A stretch of DNA of 61,791 bases, the filler included, from Sphacelaria rigidula (lineage: Eukaryota): the NCBI GenBank assembly GCA_964200075.2. It is 5 parts of 5 records of this genome, joined end to end, with 100 filler letters (N's around TTAATTAATTAA, not from the genome) between each part and the next. Parts side by side here need not be neighbours in the genome. Positions count along the whole stretch, not along the records: positions 1 to 12,280 come from CAXNAA020003930.1; positions 12,381 to 24,659 come from CAXNAA020003931.1; 3 more parts are not named here. One strand, given 5' to 3'. Position 1 is the stretch's first letter. Each line of letters begins with the position of its first letter. The translations under genes were made by a program, and so were the position numbers. Of the stretch, positions 1 through 12,452 are shown one piece after another. Below the pieces are notes generated by a model, which saw only the letters and a list, made by a program, of their open reading frames with translations, had not been told where the DNA came from and ran no database searches.

Positions 1-582
1 CGTGATCGAGCATGCCAGACTCATAAGACCGTTGACCTCGCATCCCTACAAAGCCGGGACGGAGCACGCCGGGTTTGTAGGGATGCGAGGTCAATGGTCT
101 TATGAGTATGGCATGCATGATCATGAGTACACCTTACTCCCCTCCCCCTCCTCAAAAACTCAAATTTTCGATCTTGGGGCCTACGTGTCCCGAATTATGT
201 TTTTCGCTGCCCCCTGGTCTCACCCGAAATATCAATACATCACATCCAATCCATAGGGATCAGTACAGGGACAGTATATTAGCCCGATTTCATAGGCCTT
301 ATTCCTTACCTAACCCTAGCATGACATTTAACTAGCGGGCCTGCTCTTAAGTGTGGGGGTCCGCCTCCTCGAGCAGACATGGGAGAGCAAGCACACAGCT
401 AACACTCAAGGCAGCACCAACAACAACAATAGCCATAGAGGACAAGAAGTAAAAAGACACGCGACATAAGAGAGACAGAGAGAGAGACAGAGAGAGAGCC
501 AACCAGATGTGACCGTTGTTCATGATCACGTCACAATACTCTCATCGTTCGGCACAAAAGGCTTCCCTTCTGTAATTCTGAC

Positions 583-794
583 CTGTGCATCAGCGTTGAC
601 CCGCACCGGCCGGTGTTCCACACGATTGAATAGCGAGACTGATCCTCTGGCGAGAGCTCGCACAGGGGCTTCAGACTGGGGAAACTTGCCACAGCGTCCA
701 GGCGTACAACGTACACCTTGCTTCCTATGGCAGCAACCGCGCGCACGCCCCGATCGAGGAAAGGGTGCTGCATCACCTCAGCCACTGATGGTAC
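583..794 (-). CDS. Internal exon of a sulfotransferase-like protein (partial gene)
   Basis: Open exon VPSVAEVMQHPFLDRG...SIVWNTGRCGSTLMHR. Acceptor tgctaacaccag| and donor |gtcaga. GRCGSTL resembles the 5'-phosphosulfate-binding loop (RSG[S/T]TL) of PAPS-dependent sulfotransferases. Confidence 0.65.
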
Positions 795-904
795 CTGGTG
801 TTAGCATATACGTGCATGAACCGGATCGGAAGTTGAAGCAGACACAGCGCGAAGGCGTTCCGCCCGTTGCTGCTACTGTTGCTATTGATTCGAACCGAGG
901 TTAG

Positions 905-1810
905 TTAACCACTTGGTAGGTATGAGGGTAGCTCTCGGAAAATTATGGTTTGATTACTATTTTCACACATGAGTCTGACATGTGAAACAACATCTCTCAT
1001 GACAGCTGTCCGTCACCTCCCGACACGTCTGTTTGTGACTCCCGGGCAATTTGCGCCGCTTTCCAGCAGGAGCGAGCACACACAGCACGCACAGACGCAC
1101 GCTCAATCACACACACGTAGTCCCACACATACATACATACACACACACGAGGACACTGCGCAGCATCCCCGCTGCTGCTAAGCTTGCTGAGTTGCTGCAG
1201 TGAATCAGCGTGGAGGAGAATACCTCACCTAATACATACAATAACCTACCTCCATGTGTACGCTGTTGAGTACAGTAATAGTTACGTAACGTACCTCTCG
1301 CTGTTGCAATTGCTATGCGGGCGACATAGCGCCGAGAGCAGAGCGGCACAGTCCGATACAACTTGAGTGTCTCTGTCAAGACTGCATCATCATACCACAG
1401 CGAAATTGTGGGCCTGCACCCGGGAGAGGTTGGCCATGGGGAGCAGCGATGGTGTGTAGTTGCGTCTCCTCCATGTTGTACTGGCGGGAAACCATACCGT
1501 TCTGGCGGGAAACTATGGCGATAGCGGTAACCCCTTCCTCCGTAGAGGGAGCGAGCCTGTCGCCGAGGAACTGGACGGGATGGTTTCGACCTAGCTTTTT
1601 GCTCGGTCAACACTGTACCCCTGGGCTACAGAGCTCATCCCCTGGCAGTTCTTTCCGCACAATACGACGCTGATTCTTCCAGACTATCCTATTGCTTGCA
1701 ATTAGGTTTGGTTGCGCTGACGCGTCAACACCGGTCGTTTGAAGCACTCTACACGGTACTGCCCCATGGCAATATGCGGCAAGCCATCAAACCGGGCATA
1801 CCACTTCTTA
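905..1810. repeat. Interspersed repeat, copy 1 (related to 41270-42320)
   Basis: Colinear matches by eye to scaffold 4, e.g. gaactggacgggatggtttcgacc, gacactgcgc, atagcgccgag, cgtcaaca[c/t]cggtc. Confidence 0.8.
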
Positions 1811-2089
1811 CATCGAACGACGGGGGGCGGGGTGCGGTTGTGGTGGCATGGAGGGAGTGTGAGTCGATCAGACGTTTCTTTCGGCGAAGGTGGGGGCAGA
1901 GGCGGTCGCAATAGGATCGGCTGCGAAGGGGGAGGTGGCGGCGGAGACTGATGGTTATGCGCAAGTTGCACAGTGCTGACCTGGACATCGTTGAATGACA
2001 GGAAGTGTTATCTGCGCAAATGTTCCAGGGTGCCCAAAGAAAGGCGTCACCATAGGGATACGTACGGCGACAGCCGCCGCTCGACGGGG

Positions 2090-2740
2090 GGTATCGTTGG
2101 AGGGGGCGGTTGAAAATGGGGCGGCAGTAGGGGGGTCAGGGACTGGAGCAGCGGCGCCGGTGGCCGCTGGACCGGGGTTATGGGCGAGGACGGTGCAGGG
2201 GGCGGGTGGAATGGCAGCGATGGTAGGGGAGTCGAGGACTGGATCGGCGGTGCCGGTGCCGGCGCCGGTCGCTGGACGGGGAGTATGGGCGAGGACGATT
2301 CATGGGGCAGATGCAATGGCAGCGGCGGTCGGGGACTGGAGCAGCCTGGCCGGCGGAGCCGGCGGCCGCTGGATCGGGGGTATGGGCGAGGATGGGGGAG
2401 GGGGCGGGTGCAGTGGCAGCGGCGGTCGGGGGATCGGAGACTGGACCGGCGGCGCTGGCGCCGGCCGTTGGACCGGGGGAATGGGCGAGAACGGTGGAGG
2501 GGGCGGGTGGAATGGCAGCGGCGGTAAAGGGTTCTGGGACGGGAACGGCGGTGCCGGCGCCGGTGACTGGACTGGAATAATGGGCGAGAAACAGTGGAGG
2601 GGGCGGGTGGAATGGCAGCGGCGTTAGGGGGGGCGGGGACTTGAACGGCGGCGCCGGCGCCCGCTTCCGCTGGACCGGGGGTATGGACGTGGACGGTGCA
2701 GGGGCGGGCGCAATGGCAACGGCGACATCGCGGGGAGGTA
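2090..2740. repeat. GC-rich minisatellite, ~100-bp unit, ~6 copies (Gly-rich on +, Pro-rich on -)
   Basis: Recurring ggcgagaacggtggagggggcgggtggaatggcagcggcggt-like unit near 2183, 2288, 2385, 2484, 2583 and 2685. Confidence 0.85.
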
Positions 2741-4039
2741 GCAACGCACATAAGTTGCATTGTAAGAGTTTGTGGTGCATGTTATTCCAGTCGTACATTC
2801 GTCCTAAATGTGTTGCCTGTTGTTGTCTGTCCGTGGGTAAAAAATAAACGCGAAGACTGTCGGGGGAGGGGGAGGGGGTGCAATGCTTTTGTTTTCTGGT
2901 TCCTGCGTCATGCCGTCACAATTGTTAACTTTCTCCTTAAGGCTGGTTCAGGGTGAGTGCATGAAATGTATTCCCCACTGGATACAAAACTGATCCGATA
3001 GAAACATGTTTGGTATCATAGTGACCCCTACGAGCAAGCGAACACTTACGGGGGTGAATGGGGGTCGATTCCGGGCCCTATATATCGAGAAAATGGACAC
3101 CGATCTCTCTCTGCAGAAAAAATGGCTCGCAATCGAGCCAATCATATGAATCACAAATACACGCGTCACCTCTACATAACGATCTCGCTCATATGAAATG
3201 TACTATTATTATAGTACATTCTACTACAAACCTGTGACTGACGTTGCTGTACACCTGTACACAGGGTCAGAACAACAGGAGGACAGAAGCAGCTGCTCGT
3301 GTTGTTATTGTGCTCCTCGTGTTGCAGTATGTTGTTGTGCCGATCTTTCATCGCGGTTTTCTCGGCAACCAAGAAGAGGATTGGACTGCGGTTTGATGCG
3401 TACGCTTCCCACACACCAGACCTAGTCACTCACGGGGCGGATTCCTGTTACGCGTACCAGCACTCTGCAAACCGCTGCACAAAACATAAAATGTACTGCA
3501 AAACGCGTTTCCTTCAACGTCTTGGGGACTTTCGGATCCGCTGTGGCGAATTGAGCAAATCTGCAGCGCGAGTCCCTAGGTCTAGTAGTGTTTGTGCGGG
3601 GAGCTGTCAAGTGCCATCGGCCGGTTTGCTTCCTGTCTCGAGGACGACGTGATGAAGAATACTACAGCTGTCTCATACTAGACCTAGGTAACTTGGGATG
3701 GAGCGTGCGTTCTATTCGGCACAGGTTTTGCAGGGGTTCGGCACAGGTCCGGCCAGTCCATGACGTCTTCATTATTCCTCATTATTACTCCGCGTTTTGT
3801 TTCTTGCCCACGGTTTTTCAGTCGTTGTGGCTCGCATTTACCCCCATAACTGTGTGACATGGCCAAATGTTTCAGTGACCCCGACGAGCAAGCGAAAATT
3901 GTGACATGGTCAGATTGTTTTTGCGTCCTTTACCGTGGCGCTGGCAATGAAAATGTTTCTCCGCCAATCGGGTGCCTTCAAATTGTTCCAACATTAAAAA
4001 TGCGATTTCCCGCCTTACTTTGTACCCAGTCTCACCACG

Positions 4040-4230
4040 TATCAAACCTTAGTACCCGCAATCAACCAGGGAATCTAACGCAGAAAACAGATTTGAAAAC
4101 GGTTTATATGGGATAGAGTTAAACCCCAGAACATGGTATTTCGATGATGTGGGGGTTTTGGCGCCGTCGAATTTCCACTGCTAATATGCATCCAAGACCC
4201 AAAAAATCTCTTGACGCTTTCCCTTGTAAC
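4040..4230. repeat. Interspersed repeat shared with 13170-13310
   Basis: aatctaacg...aaaacag...ttgaaaacggttt...gggat and aagaccca...tttccctt occur on both scaffolds. Confidence 0.6.
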
Positions 4231-4489
4231 TTTCGTAGGAAAGCTTGCAGGTGATGCCGTGTCCCCTACTGTTTCACTTGGGGGTGGCCAGGGGTTTCGT
4301 TGGTTGTTGGTTCAAGAACTAAGCCTCTTCTGACTTGAATTTTCCATTGCGAGTAAAGGCTCCAACATGACTGTCTTCGTCCGACTGTAGTGTTTCTTTT
4401 CGATGTTCCGATCTTTCCGCTCGTACCTGTCATTTTCTCTGACGGAACCTCGCGGCTCTGGGGCACTTGTTCCCAGGTACACAACCAAC

Positions 4490-5569
4490 ACAACGCTCAT
4501 GGACCCGTTCAAGCAACCCCGATCACATTTCATCCGACGTACCGGCGGCAACAACGAGTGTTCGTATACTTTCCTGGGACGTCAGCTTGCGGGTTTTACA
4601 CGTCGGACGGGACTCAGATCGCGCACATGTTTCTGTGGAGGGCGGAGGGCGCAAAAGATGATGTGAAAATGGTGAGCCACTTGCTGATGATTCGCGTTTC
4701 GTTGCATCTCACGCTGCACTCTCGAAAAATTGGGAAATACCGGTACGCGAGCGTTCACACAAGGCAGGGGTTCGGGTAACGCATGGCTCCAACGAAACAA
4801 TTGCCTGCTAGTAACCTTGTCGCTGTGACTCCACTGACGGTTAATGTGATGATGGTAATTTTTGTTCCTACTCTACTATCTTAGGTTCCGCTCGTTGTAC
4901 TTATCGCAGACACACCACGTATGTTGCGATCGATCATGAAATAGAGCTGTTCGTACCTACTTGAACACGGCGGGGGCCTTTCCCGAGTTGAGGCGGGAGA
5001 TCAAGACAGCACCACGGACAGAGAGAGAACGACTAATGGTTCGGAGGACGTGCGGTTGAGTCGACCCGAACTGCGTAAAGTTCCAATTTCCGCACTGGCC
5101 GATATGGGTGTCGACACCAATCTCATATCGACTTGCGAACGTACGATTCGACTAGCCGACCTACGGTGAAACGTCGTGGGTGATGTGTACGATATCTTCC
5201 GCCGTGCGAGCCCATCGGCCCCACTCCAGCACGGTTTGGACTTCCGTCGTCTCCTCGACGAAGGGAGTGCCAATTCGCCAGGTGGGTGGGCGTGTTCGCG
5301 ACACCATGGTCGACAGCTGGAGACGATTGGATAAAGAGGGACTGTGCTCCCTCAGCTTGTATGAAGCGGTTATAGTTCTGATAGAGGAGTGCAAGGTCAC
5401 GGTGGCGAATTCGAAGGCGTTGCAGGAAACTGTTGATGCCTCAACGGGTAGTAGTGGTGGGGGCGGGACGGCTTACGGGGCAATCGGCGGGGGCGACGGG
5501 GATAATCGTCACTGGCGCGACGCAAGCAAACATACAGTCGTTCCGCAAAATGTTAGCGACAGCTACTAG
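4490..5569 (+). pseudogene. Decayed spliced ORF of unknown identity
   Basis: Phase-0 intron 4672-4884 (atg|gtgagc ... ttag|gtt) joins ...GAKDDVKM to VPLVVLIADTPRMLRSIMK*. The reading continues with protein-like sequence through in-frame stops and a frameshift. Confidence 0.35.
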
Positions 5570-5574
5570 AATCT

Positions 5575-5877
5575 GCCGCGCCCCGGTGGTGTAATGGTCC
5601 GACTGTCGCCATTAGGGTGGAGAGAACAGGGCTCAATTCCCGATGCGTTGGGTTTTCTTCGTAACATATGATTTCCACCGTGGAAAGCGTGAGAACGTGA
5701 GTGAACAAAAGTAGTTGACGAGGTTTGTGTGACGTGAGTTGATGCGGTGCGGAAGTGCTGACTCAATCCGCGAGACCAAAATGAAAGGCGCGTACCGGGT
5801 GAGATTGGTTGATCTCTTGAGACCACGGACTCATCCTGAGGAAGGGGAGGGGTTCAAAGTGTGAGGGAAAAAAAAAC
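5575..5877 (+). mobile_element. tRNA-derived SINE, family 1, full length
   Basis: A-box-like tggtgtaatgg, B-box-like ggctcaattccc and A-tail. Colinear with copies at 54767-55072 and 38483-38765. Confidence 0.85.
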
Positions 5878-6699
5878 TACTGGTGTGACGAACCTTCGAG
5901 GATCATCGACTCTGCCCCGCTTGCTCGATTTCTCTGTTGAGCTCTTCGTCCCCGACTCGGCCAATCGTGAAATCCAAGGAGTGAACTGTGGAGGAGATCA
6001 AGTTCTACTTACATACTGCAAGATAAGCAATCACTGAAATATATTCACCATACGCGCTGGCCTAGTTTCATGAGTTCCTTGGCGCGCGACCACCTTTGCA
6101 TGGCCCGTTTTCGAGAGTTTGAGAAGATGGAGACTCGGAACGCGTTTGATATCATCAAGCATCAAAAATGTGCAGCGGTATCCGACAGGACAAAAAGCTA
6201 CAGATTTAAACCTGTTCAAAATTTGGACAGGAAGAATAGTATTTCAGAATTGGGCGCACGTATATTGATTTTTCGACGACCGCAGTCATCTTCAGCGCGT
6301 TGACGTGGGGAACGTACGTGTAAAATATCAGTTTAAAGCTCCTCCAATTGGATCGCACATTCCACTCTCTGTGTGACACCGGTGCCCCCCGTGGTCTACC
6401 TAGTGTGGGAGGTTTCCACAAGGACGGAAGTTCTCAAAACTATCGACGGACACTTCTCATGTCTCGAGACAAAATCTTTTTGACAACTGTCTTTTCTGCT
6501 CTTGTCCGTCATTTTACGCCCGAAAAGAGGGCTAGGATAATGTTGACAACTCGGAATGACTTGCGCTACTCGTTGAGACCGTTCCCAGGCGCCATTGCGT
6601 TTCCCGGTGGTCATAGTTTCCTCTTGGTAAAAGTTGCAGTTTCAAGAATAAATAGTCAGGTGATAAAGAAGCAGGGGGGGAAATGCCAGCATTTACAGC

Positions 6700-8570
6700 T
6701 CCACCGTGGCCCAACATGGGATTTTATGAATTGAGGATGGACTTGTTGCGTGTGTGTCATCGATCTACGGCAATCTCCGTCGTATTTTCTGCGCAAGCCC
6801 GGATGGACTTCACCGCTGCCAGTATTGAATGCTGTTATCGTCTCTTCTTCAAGCTATTCAAAGTTGCGAAGATTTGGTCGCACCCGGCTCCGTTGTTTCC
6901 CGCGAAGTGCGTTATTCCTGTTCATCACGATGTACATCAGGTAGTATCCTGCTTTTCAAAAGCGCCCGTTCCATTACATCATCTTAATTTTTTCTCTCTT
7001 GCTGAAAAATTGCTGTATGTTCCCGTCATGGTTCCCATAGAGCAAATTCTACCTTGTGGGGCAGGGTTCGGGACCCCCGTCCATGCTGCAAAGTGCTTGC
7101 AGATTGCGTTATCTGACTGCAATCCTGGAGAAATGCGAATGAGGAGGGATTGGTTCGAGGTCACGGCTTTCCCTTCAACACCAAGCCGCCCACAAACCCC
7201 CACGTTCGAAACCTCATCCGGTCCACGGAATGTACGCCGGACTGCACCTATCCCCCGACGGACCTCACGAAAACAGTCATGGCCCGCAGTGTCGAGCTTG
7301 GTTTGGTGGGATCAGGACGTGTGACGCGTTGGCGGGTGTCAATCTCGAAGCCGTCGAGCAGAACCACTGTGAGACAGACAATATCCTGCGTTCTCTGAAC
7401 ATTATGGGCAGTGATTCGTACGCTTTCATCGTGATTCTCGTAGATGAGCGCGAGAACCAGGCCATCGACCGCAGGACGGTGGATCGCCGGGTAGACAGCG
7501 AAGCCGGGCACCCCAAAAACAATCTAGTGAGATGCAAAATAGGCGTGTGGGACCGAGGGCGGTGCTTTTGTAGGGCTACCCTGATGCGATATTTCGATCG
7601 GTTCGGGAGAATTGCCGTGACGTTTTCGAGTGAAGACTTGATGTCGTAAGGCTTACGGATGATGATTTTGACTCAAAGCTCCCGTTGCCGATGCAGGAAG
7701 ATACTTCTCGAGTTTTACGGCTAAATCGGCCGATGCTACCGTATTTCTGCTGGTACGCTGCGATATGGTGTCCGGATGTTCGGAAAGTTTATTTTATGTG
7801 CTTCAGGGACGTACGTGCGCGAGGTGGGAGTGGCGGTCTGTAATGAAATTTGACATGGTCTACTTACTAGACGATCGATGAGCTTGGTCGACGTGCATGC
7901 CCCGCTTGGAACCACTGTTCGACCTGGGTCAGTCGACCGCCGTTTTCTTTCACTCGACCAGGTTTGCTGAGGATAAAGTTCCCGGACTTTACGAGCTGCT
8001 TTTGTTCGAATACCAAACCATCGATGCAGGTAAAGCAACCGAAGTTTACGAGGAAAACAACGCAGGAAGTGTAAGCCATTTGAATTCCAAATATCATGTC
8101 CCTCACACGAATGATGCCACGACAGTCGACCCACAAACAGCACCAAAACTATCACCGAGAAAATGGTTGAGCAGCGCATGCCATCTGGTTTCAGACTGCA
8201 TGAAGTGCCTCATGGGCGACACTGATTGGCGGATATTTTGACAACCGCAGCAGTTTTCCAGTTGTTCGGTGCACTTGCACTCGGCAGTTGTCGTTTTGAT
8301 TCGCATATAGATGCTGCCTCGTCAAACACGCCACTTTTCTGCGGGGAGGGGGGGGGGCTATTTTGTCAAGTTCCGACAAGGATATTTTCTTGGTACCGTG
8401 TGAAAGGCCATCGGGACACTCTGGCGTAGATTTCCCCAGGGTGGGCAGTTCATTCCATTTTCTGTCTTGCAGTTGCTCGGCGATCGCGGGTATGGATGGA
8501 TCTTGGGCGTCACCAGGGTTGACGGCTAGCCCGGCCGATTTTTTCCATGATTTATTTTCCTTCATCACCT
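6700..8570. pseudogene. Cluster of decayed ORF-like fragments, unidentified
   Basis: Protein-like stretches broken by stops, e.g. + 7330-7650 GVNLEAVEQNHCETDNILRSLNIM, + 7897-8070 and - 8191-8568. No recognisable domain; strand is ambiguous. Confidence 0.25.
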
Positions 8571-9409
8571 GCGCACGGCTGAGTTTGAGGGATCACGACC
8601 TGGAATTTCGGCACAAGGTTTACATCGTAAGTACGCCGAAAGTGGCAGAAGGTTCGATCAACAACTTATGTCTCCAGCAAAGCGCAGCTAATTCAAAACT
8701 GAGTGATCCTACGAGAAAGGGGTGGGGGAGTTTTCGATTGCCCGAAAATCAAGGGCTCACAGGCAGGTGTGCCAGAGGACCTAAAACATTCGCGATACGC
8801 TATCTTCGAGTGAACACGGTGTCAAACAGTATAAAGCACTGTGTATTATTGGTACCGAGCGCATTCGAACAAAATTTGCTTCTTTGAACGACGGTATGAC
8901 TTGGCATTTTCGTGCAAAAAATCCGAAATACCCCCCCCCCCCTCGGCATCACGTTCATTTGCCAATCAGACGACACGAGATGAAATCGTGCCAGCACTCT
9001 CTGTTGACCGCTCTTCGTTCATGGAATCAGCATCCATGTACTTGAAAATCGAATCGGTATCATGTTCATTTGACAACTTGAAGACACGAGATAAAATGGA
9101 GCAGCTACTACGACTTTACGGTATGCGTGCTAATTGTGTTCACCATGACTGGCCGGATGGAACAGTTTTCACTTTTTTTCGAATTTGAACCGCCGTCATC
9201 TCAACGTGCGCTGACCCTGTGTGGGTGTCTGCTGTGTGCACGTCTCACACAAGTCATCATCCCTCAGCGAATTTTGAGCCGTTTTGTGCACGGTCACGCG
9301 CTGCGTGCTCAGCTGATTTGATACGTTTTTTTCTTCAAGCTATGCCATGTGCCACTACGCAGCGCACGTTACAATCACCGGTGCTAATGTATCTTGGCTG
9401 TCGATCCAC

Positions 9410-9735
9410 TACGCGTGGCGGCGAAGCCGCCGGAACCCTCTTATGTGCAAAACATTTCTGCGCTTTGCTTGTGTTGATTTTGTTTTTTTTTGTCACGACT
9501 TGGTCTGCTATGTCGTTCTGTTCGACCCCTCTGTTTTTTCTTTTTTGTTCCTGTTCCTATTGTTTTCTGTTCTTCTTTTTTTCCCCTTAGAGCGTGTTTG
9601 AATTCCGTTTTTCTTGGGTACGTACGTCTATCATGAGACCACGGCTGGACCCCTGGGGGGTCAGTTAAAGTGCGACAATCGAAAATCAATCAATCAATCG
9701 ATCAATCATTCAATCAAATCAAATCAAATCAATCA
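9410..9735 (+). mobile_element. 3' end of a non-LTR retroelement with (CAAT/CAAAT)n tail
   Basis: T-rich UTR-like tract, then tgagaccacgg...aaagtgcgac, then a microsatellite tail. A similar truncated tail is at ~36110-36170. Confidence 0.6.
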
Positions 9736-12280
9736 TATGTATATATGTTGAAATCACGTTCAAGTAAGTCAAGGGTGGAGGGTTGACCGTCCTGTGTGGG
9801 GAGCTTGTGAGAACAGGGGGCAAAACTAGTCGGAAAAGGTTTGACAAATACCTGTTGCTGTGGGATTCGAAGATCGGGAGACGGGGAGCCGCTGAAGAGA
9901 AATTGACGCGTTGATTGTCGCTCACTGCCGCAGATTCCCCAGCGATTCAACAGTGGTCACACGATAGACTAACCCACGATGAACAAACTGGAAAAACTCG
10001 GTAAGCGAAACTAGAAGGGAGAAGACGAGAAAGTAACGGGGGTGTGACATATCGCAGCAGAATGAAAATTTGCGTCGTAACGCCCATTATTATCGACACT
10101 GCTTTTCCGAATATCTCAGATTTTTCTGGAATTTTTGGACAATGCATTCAGACTTCTCCGAAAATGAAGCGGCTTGAAACGCAGCACTTCGGAGAGCTGC
10201 CCTGTCTGTACGCCGTGGCGCTCGCAAGCGTTGAAGAGTAATCAAGTACGTTGCCAGTCCCGGAACACTTGGAGATTTCCGAAAAAACTGTGTCAATAGT
10301 AATGGGCCTACCTGCAATAGACGCTTTGCCGAACTTCACGCTCTGGCTGGTATGTTCGGGTCAGACGGGGCAGCCGTGGCGTTTCTGCCTCATACTTGGA
10401 TCATGAAAAGACGGCAAATAGCCCAAATCTGCCCACCCCCTTCCCTCCCCCACCCAACCGGTCGTCACACGACTCCAGGGCACACTACAACTGCGAGTCC
10501 ATCAGCGGTGGGCAGGTTTACAGGAGCAGTTGGTGGGTGTGTAGCAGTAGACAGTATAGAGAATGACGCGACACACGATAAAAACCTTCCTTGGGGTTGC
10601 ACGCACCAGTGGGAACAATGAAGGTCATTGTACCGAATTGGTTTGCGACGCGAGGGGGTAAAAAGACACGGGAAAAGGATGACCCAGCAATGTGCAAATG
10701 TACGAGAGCGACACCAACTAGAGGGGACTTAAAAGTTATACCCAGAATATTTGCATTCCGGGCAATACAAAACATTCGTGCTGAATAGGTGCCCGCACCT
10801 GCATGAAGAGCAGCAGAATCTCCCCGTCTAACACCTCCACGGAGTATAGCACCAGGCCGGATACATCCACCAGGACTGATATCGGCACGTTTTTCTTCGT
10901 TTCGGAGCACTGCAGTACCCCTTCCAGGTGAAAAATAGCGAAAAACACACGTATAATGCATTTGAAGGGTACAGCTTGCGATATTTCAAATAGGTAGTGT
11001 GCCCGGTAGCTGAAATATCAAAGTAGCTTAAAGCATGCCGTTTACGTAGATCAGGACAGTCGACAACAGTATCGTCTTGCCTCAGGGTTCTACTCGGAGG
11101 CATGAAAGGGAGCACCTTCTTGCCCATGCGGTTACCAAACTACGGGGAATGCTCGACGATACTTGGACGCTAACCGACAGCCATGACTGGACTCAAGTGT
11201 GCGACGAGGCCTTCTGCTCGACGGACTATTTGAACTCGCAGTACTTCGTGTTTGACCCAACCGCAAACCATACCGAGATCAAAAGAACAACGTCGCTTGC
11301 GCGCGGTCTACCCTTTCCCTCAAGAGTTTTATTTTCATCAACCAGAGCGGTTGATAATCTTCCGATAAAATTGCGCCTACGCGGAAAAACCAACAATCTG
11401 TTCGGGGACCACACCCGAACTCTCCAACGGCTCGAAGAAGTTTCGCTCCGGAGAGTACAAGAAAACAGTGCCAAACACCGTTCAGTGAATGCATCATAGA
11501 GCAAGACTACCACTTCAAGCTCTACCGATAGCCATATGGTATCGGACTTAATCATTTACCTGGATTGGCTATAAATGGGTTACCAGCACTACTTGATGGA
11601 TAAAAGTACACTGTTGTGTGTGAGAGTCGATATACCTGCGCCTCCCAGCCTGCCGATGGGGGATCGTTCGAGGTTGTCCAGTCGGAAAACACCTGCCTCG
11701 CTAGTGGTGAACCGCTGGAGGCCGGCCCTTAGCAGCCAAGATGCAGCTGCGACTGCTCGGCGATGCCGCTGTCGCTGGCGTCCAACTTGCACTGAAATAC
11801 AACGGTAATGATGTCCATTCACGAGTGCAGGTGGCACGGTGGAAACGCGTACCGTGATCGTCCCGTCAGTATGGTTTGTATGTGTAGAAATACGTCAAGA
11901 AGACTTGGGGAAAGTAGTGGACTTGAATGTCCTGTACATGCACTACTTACTTCGTTTCATGCTTCACGCTGTGGTGCGTGGTGCATCCACTCGAGCACCA
12001 TGGTCACCAACTCTAGCATCCATCGTATCCGGAATCGTTGGCGGTTCCTGGACCGTCTGCTTTGACCGAGTTCAAATTCTGACGCCGTGGCGCTTCTCGG
12101 GCACTTAATGCTGCTGTGTACTGTACATGTACTTTTCCATGTTCCCGGGGTGAACTTGTGCGCTGCATGGGTACTCTCGTGCTCCATCGCCTTCTCGTCT
12201 AGACTGGGGGGGGAGGGGAGGGGGGGGGGGAACAGCGCAGCAATAGAGCAGTGTGTCCCTGCGATAGCAGCCTTCCTCAA

Positions 12281-12380
12281 NNNNNNNNNNNNNNNNNNNN
12301 NNNNNNNNNNNNNNNNNNNNNNNNTTAATTAATTAANNNNNNNNNNNNNNNNNNNNNNNNNNNNNNNNNNNNNNNNNNNN
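12281..12380. other. Artificial scaffold-join linker
   Basis: N44-TTAATTAATTAA-N44; the 12-mer gives stops in all six frames. Confidence 0.99.
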
Positions 12381-12452
12381 CGGGAATCGAACCCCCCTAC
12401 TCAACCATCAGAAGGTTACGAGGTTACCAACTGAGCCACCGGGGCGACCGGC
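12381..12452 (-). mobile_element. tRNA-derived SINE head, family 2 (cut by scaffold end)
   Basis: Reverse complement is gccggtcgccccggtggctcagttgg...ggttcgattcccg, with A and B boxes. Near-identical to 61661-61731. Confidence 0.85.

Noticed and set aside
8400-8450. P-loop in LPTLGKST
   Set aside because: It lacks the GxxxxGK[ST] glycine and the region is decayed.
12325-12336. TTAATTAATTAA as a biological motif
   Set aside because: It is identical in four N-padded linkers and is an assembly artefact.
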